Positions 39,025 to 49,135 of a stretch of 64,000 nucleotides of DNA are shown piece by piece. Under the pieces are notes generated by a model that saw nothing but the letters and a program-made list of their open reading frames with translations, was not told the DNA's origin and did not search any database. Source of the DNA: a virus; the IMG/VR virus record IMGVR_UViG_3300010149_000002, positions 1-64,000 of that record. The stretch is one strand, 5' to 3'. How positions within the stretch are numbered: the stretch's first letter is position 1; the number at the start of each line of letters is the position of its first letter. The translations under genes were made by a program, and so were the position numbers.

Positions 39025-40893
39025 TTGGATAAAAAAACTGTTAATTCTGTAAAAATTGCATCAGATGCTGTAGTTAACACGAAATACGCAAAATATGTAC
39101 CATCTTTAATGAGAAGAGAGACTTGGGAAGAGATATGTTATAGAAATAGAGACATGCACTTAAAGAAGTTCCCACAATTACATTCTGAAATTTTAAATGT
39201 ATATAATAATTTTGTAATACCTAAAAAAGTATTACCTAGTATGAGATCGGCACAGTTTGCAGGAAAACCTGTTGAACTATCTCCTAATAGAGTTTATAAC
39301 TGTTGTTACCTTCCTATTGACGATTATAGAGCCTTTTCTGAGACAATGTTTCTTTTGCTTGGTGGAACTGGTGTAGGGTACTCTGTTCAAAACAACCATG
39401 TCTCTAACTTACCTAGTATAACTAAGCCTACAAAGAAAAGAAGATACGTTGTCGGAGATTCGATAGAAGGTTGGGCAGATGCTATAAAAGCCCTAATGAA
39501 AGCATATATGAGGGGAAGGAGTTTACCTTTATTTGACTTTTCTGATATTAGAGAAAAAGGTGCTCCTTTAATTACTAGTGGTGGTAAGGCTCCCGGTCCT
39601 GCAGGTTTAAAGGAATGTCTTTTTAAGATGCAACAACTACTTGACACAAAAGATCATGGGGATCAGTTAACTTCTTTAGAGGTTCATGATTTAATATGTT
39701 ATATTGCCGATGCCGTTCTAACAGGGGGTATTCGTAGAGCTGCTCTAATTTGTTTATTTGATCTAAACGATGACTCTATGTTGACTTGCAAATTTGGTAA
39801 TTGGTGGGAGCTTAATCCTCAACGTGGTAGAGCTAATAATAGTGCTGTTATTAAAAGAGGTAAAATCACAAAAGAAAAGTTTATGGAATTATGGGAAAAG
39901 ATAGAAGCAAGTGGAAGTGGGGAACCCGGATTTTACTTTACAAATAACACAGATTGGGGTACTAATCCATGTTGTGAAATAGCATTAAGACCTTTTCAGT
40001 TTTGTAACTTAACTGAGATAAATGCTAATGATGTTAAGGACCAAAAAGATCTAGAAGATAGAGCTAAAGCTGCTGCATTTTTAGGAACACTACAAGCAGG
40101 TTATACAGATTTTCATTACATCAGAGACATTTGGAAAAGGACAACGGAAAAAGATGCACTATTAGGAGTTAGTATGACAGGTATTGCATCTGGTGCTGTT
40201 TTAAATTTAGATCTAGAAGAAGCCTCTAATGTTGTTAAACTAGAAAACAAAAGAGTTTCAGAACTTATTGGAATTAAACCTGCTAGTAGAACTACATGTG
40301 TTAAACCTGCAGGAACTACAAGTCTTGTAATTGGCTCTAGCTCAGGTATACATGCTTGGCACGATCCTTACTTTATTAGGAGAATGAGAGTTGGTAAAAA
40401 CGAAGCCATTTACTCATACTTAGCAGAAAATCATCCAGAACTTATTGAAGATGAGTATTTTAAACCAAAAGAACAGGCGGTTATATCTATCCCTATGAAA
40501 GCCCCAAGCGGCTCTATATTTAGAAATGAATCTCCTATAGAGTTATTAGAAAGAGTTAAAAAGTTTTCTACTCAGTGGGTTAAAACAGGTCACATAGATG
40601 GGGACAATACTCACAATGTATCTGCTACTGTTAGTATTAAAAAAGGCGAATGGAAAGAAGTGGGAGATTGGATGTGGAACAACAGACAATATTATAACGG
40701 ACTAAGCGTACTTCCATTTCATGGTGGGTCGTATAAACAAGCTCCTTTTGAAACCATAAGTAAAGAAACTTACGAAGAAATGGTAGAGCATCTAAAAGAG
40801 GTTGATTTTACCAAAGTTGTTGAAAAAGAGGATAATACCGACTTGTCTGGAGAAATTGCTTGCGGAGGCGGTGGAGGAACTTGCGATATTTAG
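39025..40893 (+). CDS. nrdJ: Class II (B12-dependent) ribonucleotide reductase
   Basis: NCC, GTGVG, GGIRRAA, NPCCEI, FCNL, VKPAGT, C-terminal C.GG.C; no beta-subunit gene. TTG 39025 fits the RBS. Confidence 0.92.
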   Translation: MDKKTVNSVKIASDAVVNTKYAKYVPSLMRRETWEEICYRNRDMHLKKFPQLHSEILNVYNNFVIPKKVLPSMRSAQFAGKPVELSPNRVYNCCYLPIDDYRAFSETMFLLLGGTGVGYSVQNNHVSNLPSITKPTKKRRYVVGDSIEGWADAIKALMKAYMRGRSLPLFDFSDIREKGAPLITSGGKAPGPAGLKECLFKMQQLLDTKDHGDQLTSLEVHDLICYIADAVLTGGIRRAALICLFDLNDDSMLTCKFGNWWELNPQRGRANNSAVIKRGKITKEKFMELWEKIEASGSGEPGFYFTNNTDWGTNPCCEIALRPFQFCNLTEINANDVKDQKDLEDRAKAAAFLGTLQAGYTDFHYIRDIWKRTTEKDALLGVSMTGIASGAVLNLDLEEASNVVKLENKRVSELIGIKPASRTTCVKPAGTTSLVIGSSSGIHAWHDPYFIRRMRVGKNEAIYSYLAENHPELIEDEYFKPKEQAVISIPMKAPSGSIFRNESPIELLERVKKFSTQWVKTGHIDGDNTHNVSATVSIKKGEWKEVGDWMWNNRQYYNGLSVLPFHGGSYKQAPFETISKETYEEMVEHLKEVDFTKVVEKEDNTDLSGEIACGGGGGTCDI

Positions 40894-40894
40894 G

Positions 40895-40923
40895 TTGACA
40901 TAATTAAGCTCTTTTATTATAAT
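40895..40923 (+). promoter_or_regulatory. Consensus sigma-70 promoter for the HNH gene, overlapping an RBS-sequestering hairpin
   Basis: TTGACA-17-TATAAT; stem 40906-40918 / 40928-40940. Confidence 0.8.
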
Positions 40924-40940
40924 ATAAAATAGGAGGGCTT

Positions 40941-41384
40941 ATGTCATTTAAGATTATAGAAAAAGATCCTTACAATTCAAAAAAAAGATTTAAGTTACTG
41001 ATTAAGTCAGCTAAAAAAAGAAATATATCAGTAAACTTTAGTTTAGATCATTACAGAGATCTTTTAAAATTAGGATGTATATACTGTGGTGTCAATGTGA
41101 AAAAAGAACAAGGCTATTGTATAGATAGACACGATAACTCTAAAGGTTATTTATTAGACAATGTTGCAACTTGTTGTAAAATATGTAACAGAGCAAAAGG
41201 AACTATGGATAATAATGATTTTTTAGATTGGGTAAAAAGAGCATATAAGTTTCAAGAGGGTATGTTTGAAAAGGCAAAAAAACATAGTTATACTGAGTTA
41301 CAGTTTAAGAAGGATTTAAAAAGATTAGAAAACGGATCTTACTATAGAAACTCTAATGTAGAAAAAATAGAAGGTAATAGATGA
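40941..41384 (+). CDS. HNH-type endonuclease
   Basis: SAKKRNI, CIYCG, IDRHDNSKGY..DNVATCCKICNRAKG. Confidence 0.85.
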   Translation: MSFKIIEKDPYNSKKRFKLLIKSAKKRNISVNFSLDHYRDLLKLGCIYCGVNVKKEQGYCIDRHDNSKGYLLDNVATCCKICNRAKGTMDNNDFLDWVKRAYKFQEGMFEKAKKHSYTELQFKKDLKRLENGSYYRNSNVEKIEGNR

Positions 41385-41489
41385 TATGTAAATTTATAAA
41401 AAAACTATTTGGACTTGACAAAAAACCCAATCCTGATTTACAATGGTTAGAGGACAAGGTAAAAGAGTCTGAGGACAAATTGGAGAATA

Positions 41490-43001
41490 TTGAAAATGAA
41501 GAAGTTACTATTGATGATGTTAACGACCATTTTAATAAGTAGTTGCATGGATGTAGACAACACTTTACTTATGATAAATAATGGTGTTAAAAAATGCGGA
41601 TGCGTTGCATATACTTTAAAAAAAGATAAAACCATTTTAGGAAGTTTTGTAACATGTAGCACAAATGAATATAACAAAAAGGATAGAGATGTTAAAAGTA
41701 TTGGTAATTGTCTCCTTTCTCCTTAATAACTCTTTTGCACAGTCTACAATACTCAATAAAGGCGATACAGCACCTTATACTGGTGTCCTATTGACCAAGG
41801 AACGTGCAGAAAAGGCTATGAAGGCAGAGAAGGCTAAGATAGTCCTAGAAGACCTCAGATTCACTCAGGAGCGTTTAATAAAGTATCACAAGGATGATGC
41901 ATCACTACAGCGTAAAAAGCTCTCACAAGAGAAATTTAAGAGTAATATATACAACATTGGGTACTTTGTGCTTGGCGTTGTTTTAGCAAGCTATGCATTT
42001 AAAATTCAACAGGAGATAAACAGATGATAACATTTTTAGCAATTTCAACATTAACATTAGGCATTTTATCTATATATCTAATAAAATGCATTATAGTGGA
42101 AAGAGAGTTTTCATCAGACTCTTTATATGAAGCTGATAACTTAAAAGAAAAAATAGACGCTATTGAAATGGCTAATAATGCTTTTAGAAAAGAGTTTGAT
42201 AATATAAAAGAAACCGTAGTAAAAGAAAAGGCAGTTAGAAAACAAGCACAATCTCTACTTAGATCACAAAATGAGTTTTTTAGAGGTGTTATGTATGATA
42301 CTCAAAACAATACTATTGTATTAGCTGAAAATTTAGAAAGAATTGGAGAACTTTAATGAGTGAAGATATTAGAATGGAGAGATTATTAGAATTACTAGAA
42401 GAGCTTAATGAGCTATTTCCGGGGATGGATAAGATGATTATCAATGACTCATCTGACCCTGATTACATTATACTAGCAACAACAGAGTATCTAAATACAA
42501 TGGCAGATGCCTTTGGTATTTCAGATGAATTTGAAGAGGTTGCTGACTTTCCAGAAGAATACCCAGACCTTCCTAAAAAGAAGAAGCTTCAATGAAAAAG
42601 AGTGAATTTATACAACAAATTGCTGAATACCTTCGAGATAGAGAAAACGAGTACTCTCCAGAAGATCAAGCTAAAGAATTGTTTGATTTTATAGATAAAC
42701 ATATGATGCCAAGGAATATGATAAAAGTTGATCTATTTGATAGATATGATAACGGTTGGAAGCCGGAGAGTGACAATTGATTATATATAGCAAAAAGTAT
42801 AATGAAACATCACATTGCAGGATATCCATGTTATTACCCGAAATTACGTTCTGTAAAGAGTTAAGCAATATATATGGCGATAGTGTATCAATAAAAAAAG
42901 TTTCATTCCCTACATTTTTCTCTTTGACAACAAATAGTATTTATATTAACATAGGTATAAGTGTTCTAGGTTTCGGTCTTAGAGTGCAAATGGTAGAATA
43001 G
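41490..43001 (+). CDS. Cluster of small hypothetical proteins, several exported or membrane-bound
   Basis: Lipobox 'LISSC' (41490); signal peptide, coiled coil and TM (41665); TM and coiled coil (42024). Confidence 0.5.
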
Positions 43002-43009
43002 GAGTTACG

Positions 43010-43966
43010 ATGAGTAAACGAATTAAATGGACTGACAAGATGGTAAATATGTTGTTGGATATGTATGATGGTCATACTTACGATGAAATTGCCAAAAAGA
43101 TCAGTAAGAAGTTTAAGGTAAAGGTTACGTCTAACGGAGCTAGAAAAGCACATGAAAGGTACAGACTAGACATTTTAGATAAGCAGAAAAAAAGCGATGG
43201 ACCAAGGATGTTAGTGATTGACATTGAGACTAGCCCTATCTTAGCTAGAATCTGGAGTCTATGGAGTACGTTTACAGCACTTAACCAAATAGATGTAGAT
43301 TGGCATTTAATGAGTTTTGCTGCCAAGTGGTATGACAGTGATGAAATCATTTACATGGATCAAAGTAAAGAAAAAGACATTACTAACGATAAAAAGATGC
43401 TTAAAGTAATTTGGAAGCTTTTAGATGAAGCAGACATTGTTATTACCCAAAATGGTAAGAAGTTTGACACAAAAAAAATCAATGCAAGATTTGTAATGAA
43501 TGGTATGCAGCCTCCAAGTTCTTATAGAAACATTGATACATTTTTGATTGCAAAGAGACACTTTGGATTTACTTCAAATAAATTAGAGTATATGACAGAC
43601 AAACTATGTACCAAGTATAAAAAGCTTAGTCATGGTAAATATCCCGGAAATAAGCTTTGGGAAGAATGTCTTAAAGGTAACATGGATGCTTGGGCAGAAA
43701 TGGAAGAATATAATAAATACGATGTTTTATCCCTTCAAGAGCTTTATGATGTTCTAGTACCTTGGGACGATAGAATTAATTTTACAGTTTACTTTGAAGA
43801 TGATAGATGCTCATGTGGTTCTACTGATCTTAGGAAAAATGGAATATACTATACAAATGCAAATAAGTATCAAAAGTATAAATGTAAAGACTGTGGAAAA
43901 GAGTATAGAGATCGTAAAGCAATAAAGTCTGATAAAAGACTAAGGACTACCAACAAGAGAGGTTAG
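43010..43966 (+). CDS. RNase H-like (DnaQ-type) exonuclease with N-terminal HTH and C-terminal Zn ribbon
   Basis: IDIETSP, QNGKKFD, IDT, YNKYDV, C.CGS...C..CG. Confidence 0.85.
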   Translation: MSKRIKWTDKMVNMLLDMYDGHTYDEIAKKISKKFKVKVTSNGARKAHERYRLDILDKQKKSDGPRMLVIDIETSPILARIWSLWSTFTALNQIDVDWHLMSFAAKWYDSDEIIYMDQSKEKDITNDKKMLKVIWKLLDEADIVITQNGKKFDTKKINARFVMNGMQPPSSYRNIDTFLIAKRHFGFTSNKLEYMTDKLCTKYKKLSHGKYPGNKLWEECLKGNMDAWAEMEEYNKYDVLSLQELYDVLVPWDDRINFTVYFEDDRCSCGSTDLRKNGIYYTNANKYQKYKCKDCGKEYRDRKAIKSDKRLRTTNKRG

Positions 43967-43968
43967 TT

Positions 43969-44493
43969 TTGACTGAAAAGAACAAAAACATAATAAACCT
44001 CATTGGTGATATTGATGATGATTTTTTTAGAAAACTTGCAGTTGGTATTAGTGAAGCAAACCAAAAAAAAGATTTAGAGATAGTTTTAATGAGTGATGGT
44101 GGAAGTGTAAGTGTGGCAAGAGGTGCATACGACCTCATCAGGACATTTGAAAGTAATGTTTACATAAAATGTTTTGGTGAGGTTTCATCCTCTGCAACAT
44201 TGGTCCTACAAGCCGCAGATTTCCGTATAATGTATCCTAATGCAAAACTAATGATACATGTCGGGGAAAATGGCGGAGGAGGCTCAGGGCATCCTCGTAA
44301 CGATGAGAGGCTTCAAGAACAGAACAAGATAGATGAGACTTGGATGGAAGATATATACCTTAAAAAAATAAGAGAAAAAAAGCCAAGATTCACTAGGAAA
44401 AAGATAAAAGATATGTTAGAGTATGATACATACCTAAATCCAAAGGAGTCTTTGGAGTTTGGTTTAATTGACGAAATAGGAGTTGTTAAATGA
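43969..44493 (+). CDS. ClpP-like serine protease
   Basis: SDGGSV..A..YD, VSSSAT, LMIH, 'DTYLNPKESLEFGLIDEI'. Confidence 0.85.
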   Translation: MTEKNKNIINLIGDIDDDFFRKLAVGISEANQKKDLEIVLMSDGGSVSVARGAYDLIRTFESNVYIKCFGEVSSSATLVLQAADFRIMYPNAKLMIHVGENGGGGSGHPRNDERLQEQNKIDETWMEDIYLKKIREKKPRFTRKKIKDMLEYDTYLNPKESLEFGLIDEIGVVK

Positions 44494-44864
44494 TGAAGTG
44501 TGTAATTACAAGCGAAGAGACAAAGAATAAGACAAATAACTTTCCTTTATCTAGAAAAGGTAGGCTAATGTTGATTGACATTACAAATAGATATAATGAT
44601 AAACTAAAAGACAAGTTTATAGAGAGTTTTATTGAAAAGTCTGGTAATGAATCAGAAGAAACTATAAAAGCAGTATCTAAGTTAGCACCCAAGATGAGTA
44701 AACACGACATGTTAAAGATGCTTGATAAAGAGTCTGAGGAAGATTTGTTTGCAAAGTTTGATAATGTTGAAGAAGATAAACCCGCATTTGAAAAAGCAGT
44801 TGATGCTAAGTTAGAACAAAATAAAAAAGAAGCAGATTTAATTGAGGAATCTAATGACCAATAA
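44490..44864 (+). CDS. Hypothetical protein
   Basis: ORF track. Confidence 0.55.
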   Translation: MMKCVITSEETKNKTNNFPLSRKGRLMLIDITNRYNDKLKDKFIESFIEKSGNESEETIKAVSKLAPKMSKHDMLKMLDKESEEDLFAKFDNVEEDKPAFEKAVDAKLEQNKKEADLIEESNDQ

Positions 44865-45675
44865 AATAGATCAAGCAGAACTTCTTGCAGATCAAGAGGA
44901 CATGGGATTAGGGTTACATGAGGCTCCTGATAAACCACAACACTCTGGTAATGTAGCATTTTCTAAAGCTATGCTTGAATGTATACCTGATGAAGAAGTT
45001 CTACAGGAAGTTAAAGATAAGAATCCATTTCAATACAAATATGAGGTTAAGGTAAAGAAAGTGCCTAAGAAGCTCAAGAATGTTGCAGGATTGAAAGAAG
45101 GTCTTATAGGTAGGGTTGTAGAGGTTCTAAGTGATAAAGCTGTTATGGTGGATTTCTGGACTAAGACAAGTCCTGCTAAGTTTCCTATGAGGAGTTTATA
45201 TTTAGAGCTACATAAAACTAAAGAACAGGTTGAGATTGATGCAGGGATAATACCTGAAAAAGAGGTTATACAACCTATTAAAGAGGTTGAACCTGTTAAG
45301 GTTGCTCCTGTAAAGTTTGACCAAGGCAAACCTAGAATGGATCTAATTAGACCTGAGTTTACATTAGCTATTGGAGAGGCTTTGGCATACGGTGCTGAGA
45401 AGTACTCTGAAAAGCAAGGTGAAATGCCTAACTATTTAAAAGGTAATGGCTTCAATTATAGTAAGATTGTAGGAAGCCTTGAAAGGCATCTTGCACAGTG
45501 GAAAATGGGAGTAGATATTGATGATGAAAGTGGATTACATCATTTACAGTTAGCAGCAGCTAATTTACATTTTCTTTTAACTTATGAGTTGACCGATAAA
45601 GGGATAGATGATAGAGTTAAATTAGGATCTAAAAAAAGGAAGGCTAGTGAAGAAGGAGCCGAGAAAGGACTATAA
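44842..45675 (+). CDS. dATP/dGTP diphosphohydrolase-domain (DUF5664-like) protein with N-terminal extension
   Basis: KFDQGKPRMDLI...YGAEKY...SLERHL..W..G.D.D.ESGLHHL..AAANL. Confidence 0.8.
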   Translation: MRNLMTNKIDQAELLADQEDMGLGLHEAPDKPQHSGNVAFSKAMLECIPDEEVLQEVKDKNPFQYKYEVKVKKVPKKLKNVAGLKEGLIGRVVEVLSDKAVMVDFWTKTSPAKFPMRSLYLELHKTKEQVEIDAGIIPEKEVIQPIKEVEPVKVAPVKFDQGKPRMDLIRPEFTLAIGEALAYGAEKYSEKQGEMPNYLKGNGFNYSKIVGSLERHLAQWKMGVDIDDESGLHHLQLAAANLHFLLTYELTDKGIDDRVKLGSKKRKASEEGAEKGL

Positions 45676-45997
45676 AGACGGTGAGTTAAATAAACTTAAG
45701 CGTAGAGTAAAGCGTCTTGAAAAAGAAAACCAAAGACTAAAAAGTGAGAATAATGCATTTGAGCAAGCCTTTAAAAAGACGACTAAGTTTTTAGAAGACC
45801 ATACAGAGGATATTAGTTTAGAGGACCTTATACAAGCTTCTAAGCAGGATAAAAATCTTAGAAAGGTTGAAAAGGAACATGTTGAGTCATTGTGTCCAAA
45901 GTGTTTAAATAAGCTTACACAGTTGCCTAAGTCTAGGGTGGGTGTTATTACCGTTTGTAAGAATTGTGAATATAGAAAAGTGGAAAAGAATGACTAA
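45647..45997 (+). CDS. Coiled-coil Zn-ribbon protein
   Basis: CPKC...CKNC. Confidence 0.55.
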   Translation: MKKEPRKDYKDGELNKLKRRVKRLEKENQRLKSENNAFEQAFKKTTKFLEDHTEDISLEDLIQASKQDKNLRKVEKEHVESLCPKCLNKLTQLPKSRVGVITVCKNCEYRKVEKND

Positions 45998-46397
45998 AAA
46001 GAAATCATATGTACCCATTGGTAAAATTAAAAAGCATCTTAGAAGATTGAGTTTCCAACGTAAAGAGTATACTCAAGCTAAAAATAGAGCTAAGGTAGAT
46101 AAAGCTGTTTTTAAGTGCGAGTCATGTGGTCAGCTAATGTATGATGGTAAGAGTCAAAATTCATTTGACAAACTAAAAGAAAAGTACGATAGTATTATAT
46201 GGGAGACACCTGATCTGGATCACAATAACGCTGTAGTCGAACCTAAGCGTGGTTTCGTTACATGGGATGAATATCTCGATAGATTGTTTTGTGGACCTGA
46301 TGATATGACTGTAATGTGTAAAGCTTGTCATAAAGGTGTTTCTAGAGAAGAAATGAACGAACGTAAAGAGGCAGGTAGCCTTAAGAGGAAGAAATGA
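45942..46397 (+). CDS. HNH-family nuclease (possible resolvase)
   Basis: CESCG...LDH..AVV...RLFC....CKACH. Confidence 0.65.
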   Translation: MLLPFVRIVNIEKWKRMTKKKSYVPIGKIKKHLRRLSFQRKEYTQAKNRAKVDKAVFKCESCGQLMYDGKSQNSFDKLKEKYDSIIWETPDLDHNNAVVEPKRGFVTWDEYLDRLFCGPDDMTVMCKACHKGVSREEMNERKEAGSLKRKK

Positions 46398-47107
46398 ACA
46401 ACTATCAAGATAGATTTACTAGATTCCATGACAAGCCAACTGATGGTAGAAATCCTAGCTCTAATAATGGGTTTATATATACTGCGTATGCAAAACACAT
46501 TGTACCTGATATGGTCGATCAGATGAAGATTACAGAATGTGTTCATAAATGTCTAGTAGATAAAAATAAGTTTCAAATTAATAGAAACCCTAATGATCCT
46601 ACTCCTCCTCTCAGTAGGGATGAGGTAATGGGAATATTATCTATATATAAAAACACTGGTTATGGAGACTTGTTGTACAAGTGTCTAAAGTCTAATCATT
46701 GGAACTTTTGTAATCTACCTGAATACGAGAAAAAGCCATTAAACCTTAACAGAATCCTAACAGCAGCAGATATACTATATGACATTAAAGATGAACATAG
46801 AAATACGGTTTGGAAAGAGAATATGATAGATGCTTATCCATTAGCATTTAGATTACCTCCAAGTGATATATACTACCTTAAAAGACTCTATGGTGATAAG
46901 CCAAATATGCTTGAGAGGCTTCATTTTTACGCTGAGACACTTCAAAGTGTTTATAAGGGTGATAAGTCAGGTAGAGTTATCACATGGCTTAAAATCAAGG
47001 ATTTAGGCTTAGAGGACACATTTCTTGGAAAGAAGGTCATTGCAAGGGAAAAACAGTCATTTGAAGAATATCTTGGTAAAGAACATATATTGACAAAAAA
47101 CATTTGA
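46394..47107 (+). CDS. Hypothetical protein
   Basis: 237 aa; no motif recognised. Confidence 0.6.
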   Translation: MNNYQDRFTRFHDKPTDGRNPSSNNGFIYTAYAKHIVPDMVDQMKITECVHKCLVDKNKFQINRNPNDPTPPLSRDEVMGILSIYKNTGYGDLLYKCLKSNHWNFCNLPEYEKKPLNLNRILTAADILYDIKDEHRNTVWKENMIDAYPLAFRLPPSDIYYLKRLYGDKPNMLERLHFYAETLQSVYKGDKSGRVITWLKIKDLGLEDTFLGKKVIAREKQSFEEYLGKEHILTKNI

Positions 47108-47132
47108 CAACTAAATAAATTATGTGTAATAT
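47104..47132 (+). promoter_or_regulatory. Sigma-70-type promoter
   Basis: TTGACA-17-TAATAT upstream of AGGAG. Confidence 0.6.
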
Positions 47133-47162
47133 CTACATATGATTTAACACATAGGAGATTTT

Positions 47163-47918
47163 ATGAAATTAATTTTATCGCTACTAATGGTTTGTAGCTT
47201 CTGTTTTGGAAAGGTAATCAATCTTACTGAAGAAAACAGCATTAACTTTAACAATAAATTTGATGGTCAGTTTGTTGCTAAAAAACAAATTGAAGCAGCT
47301 AACAAATGTTATACAAACGAAGGTAGTGATATCTATGTTGTATTATATACACCGGGGGGATCAGTACAAGCAGGTCAATTATTCTTTGATACTCTAAATG
47401 CTTTACCCTGTAACTTTCACACAATTACGATTTTCGCTGCCTCAATGGGATATCAAACAGTTCAAAATCTCAAGAATAGGTATATCCTACCGTCTGGAGT
47501 TTTAATGAGCCATAGAGCTAGTCTTAGCGGTGTAAGAGGTGAATTAGGAGGAGAGCTAGATAGTATCTTAGACTTCTTTAAACAAAGTATAAAAGAACTA
47601 GAAGTTACAGCATCTACTAGAGTTGGCATTAGTTTAGAAGATTACCAAAAAGCAATTTCAGATGAACTATGGATGACAGGAAACCAAGCTGTAAACACAA
47701 AGCATGCAGATGAGGTTGTATTAGTTAAATGTGATAAAAACTTTAAAGGTAGTTATGTACAGAAGTTTATGTCATTTTTTGGACCAGTAAACGTAGAGTT
47801 TGCTAATTGTCCTTTAATCGTATCTCCACTAAGTATTAAAAGCGGTAATCTTAAGATTATCAACCATGTAAATGATTTTTACACAAACATTCACAATTAC
47901 ATAACATTGGAGTTATAA
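47163..47918 (+). CDS. ClpP-like protease with N-terminal signal peptide
   Basis: MKLILSLLMVCSFCFG; TPGGSV, AASMG, LMSH, 'ELWMTGNQAV...ADEV'. Confidence 0.8.
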   Translation: MKLILSLLMVCSFCFGKVINLTEENSINFNNKFDGQFVAKKQIEAANKCYTNEGSDIYVVLYTPGGSVQAGQLFFDTLNALPCNFHTITIFAASMGYQTVQNLKNRYILPSGVLMSHRASLSGVRGELGGELDSILDFFKQSIKELEVTASTRVGISLEDYQKAISDELWMTGNQAVNTKHADEVVLVKCDKNFKGSYVQKFMSFFGPVNVEFANCPLIVSPLSIKSGNLKIINHVNDFYTNIHNYITLEL

Positions 47919-48311
47919 TTGGCTGAACCAAGCTTAGAAGAACTTTTATCTAAGATTGATGAAGCTGAACAAAAGCAGCAAAGGTCGGTCAAGAACGTAG
48001 ACGAAAATAGCGTCAATAGGTTCATTTCAGATCTAGAAATAAAGACAGGGTTGGAACGGATTCCAACCTTTGTCATTTACTTTGCATACAAAAAGATATG
48101 GTTTAATAAGGTAAAGGACAAGAAGGTCAACAAAATAGTATTCTTTAGAGCATTTAATAAATTATTTACACAGTTTAGAAGCAATAAACAAAGGTATTAT
48201 TTACTTGACCCTACTCCTTTTGATCTTTCTAGAGAGGGGTTATTAGAAGCAGAACATTTTGACAAAAGGTTAAAGAGTGGCAAGAAAGAAAAAGAAAAAA
48301 GTAAGAGGTAG
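47919..48311 (+). CDS. Hypothetical protein (possible winged-helix DNA-binding)
   Basis: 'SVNRFI..L......IY..YK..W....NKIVFFR.F' resembles winged-helix domains. Confidence 0.4.
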   Translation: MAEPSLEELLSKIDEAEQKQQRSVKNVDENSVNRFISDLEIKTGLERIPTFVIYFAYKKIWFNKVKDKKVNKIVFFRAFNKLFTQFRSNKQRYYLLDPTPFDLSREGLLEAEHFDKRLKSGKKEKEKSKR

Positions 48312-48828
48312 GTGGGATAATCTTAAGAAGAATAAGAATCTTAAGCTTAGACAAGACTATATAGATACTCATTACATTGACGGTATGAGATCAATTACTG
48401 GTAAAGGTAAAGGTATTAGAGCGTTAACTGAGGAAGAAAAAGATTGGTTAAATAAGTTCTATGGGGAGTATACAAATGCATCAGTTAATCATGAATCTTA
48501 TGATGATCAGTTACATGACAACGAAGACTTGGTTAGGGATTGTTATGATAGAAATAATTCTAGGAATAGATGTGTTCTAAATAAAGGCAAGGCTATTAAT
48601 ACTGTTGATTTTAGGAGTTGGGGAGAGTTAGATCAGGACACTATAGAAGATAGTAATTTGATTCAAGAGAGTTTAAATAATAGATTAGATAATTATGAGG
48701 ATAAGTTAAAGGCTTTTAAAAGAGTTAGTAAGGTTTATCCAGATTTGTTTACAGAAGATGAGTTTATGAGTTACGACATAGAGCTTATATTTAACAAACT
48801 AAATAACTACGACTCCAAGTTTGACTAG
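48277..48828 (+). CDS. Hypothetical protein, last + strand gene
   Basis: 'LTEEEKDWLNKFYGEY.NA...YDRNNSRNRC'. Confidence 0.6.
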   Translation: MARKKKKKVRGRWDNLKKNKNLKLRQDYIDTHYIDGMRSITGKGKGIRALTEEEKDWLNKFYGEYTNASVNHESYDDQLHDNEDLVRDCYDRNNSRNRCVLNKGKAINTVDFRSWGELDQDTIEDSNLIQESLNNRLDNYEDKLKAFKRVSKVYPDLFTEDEFMSYDIELIFNKLNNYDSKFD

Positions 48829-49125
48829 ACCTCCAACTACTCCTACTACTGTAGCAAATATACCAAAATACTTTAATAATCTTTTTTGCATTTGTTTACC
48901 AATATGATATTCTTCTGCCATCTCTACAATATGTGGTAGTTTATTTAGAATAGGTTGTATCTCGTTTATAATCTTATTGTCACCTGCAACGTGTTGTTCT
49001 ACCTTAGACATATGATGTCTTATATCAGTCTTAATTTCATTAACTTCCATTTTAACTTCCGTTACATCTTCTTTAACACTGTCAATTTTATCTTCCATTC
49101 TTTGGAATCTAACTTCGTTGCTCAC
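48799..49125 (-). CDS. Coiled coil plus C-terminal TM protein (holin/haemolysin-like)
   Basis: Heptad N-terminus and a single C-terminal TM; last gene of the late operon. Confidence 0.5.
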   Translation of the reverse strand: MSNEVRFQRMEDKIDSVKEDVTEVKMEVNEIKTDIRHHMSKVEQHVAGDNKIINEIQPILNKLPHIVEMAEEYHIGKQMQKRLLKYFGIFATVVGVVGGLVKLGVVVI

Positions 49126-49135
49126 CTTTATTCTC

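Noticed and set aside
41490-42027. Spanin pair
   Set aside because: Lipoprotein and membrane features fit loosely, but gene order and location (replication region, no adjacent endolysin) do not support the call.
44842-45675. Z-base or 7-deazaguanine DNA modification pathway
   Set aside because: Only the diphosphohydrolase-like domain is present; no purZ, datZ, folE/queCDE or dpdA is recognisable.
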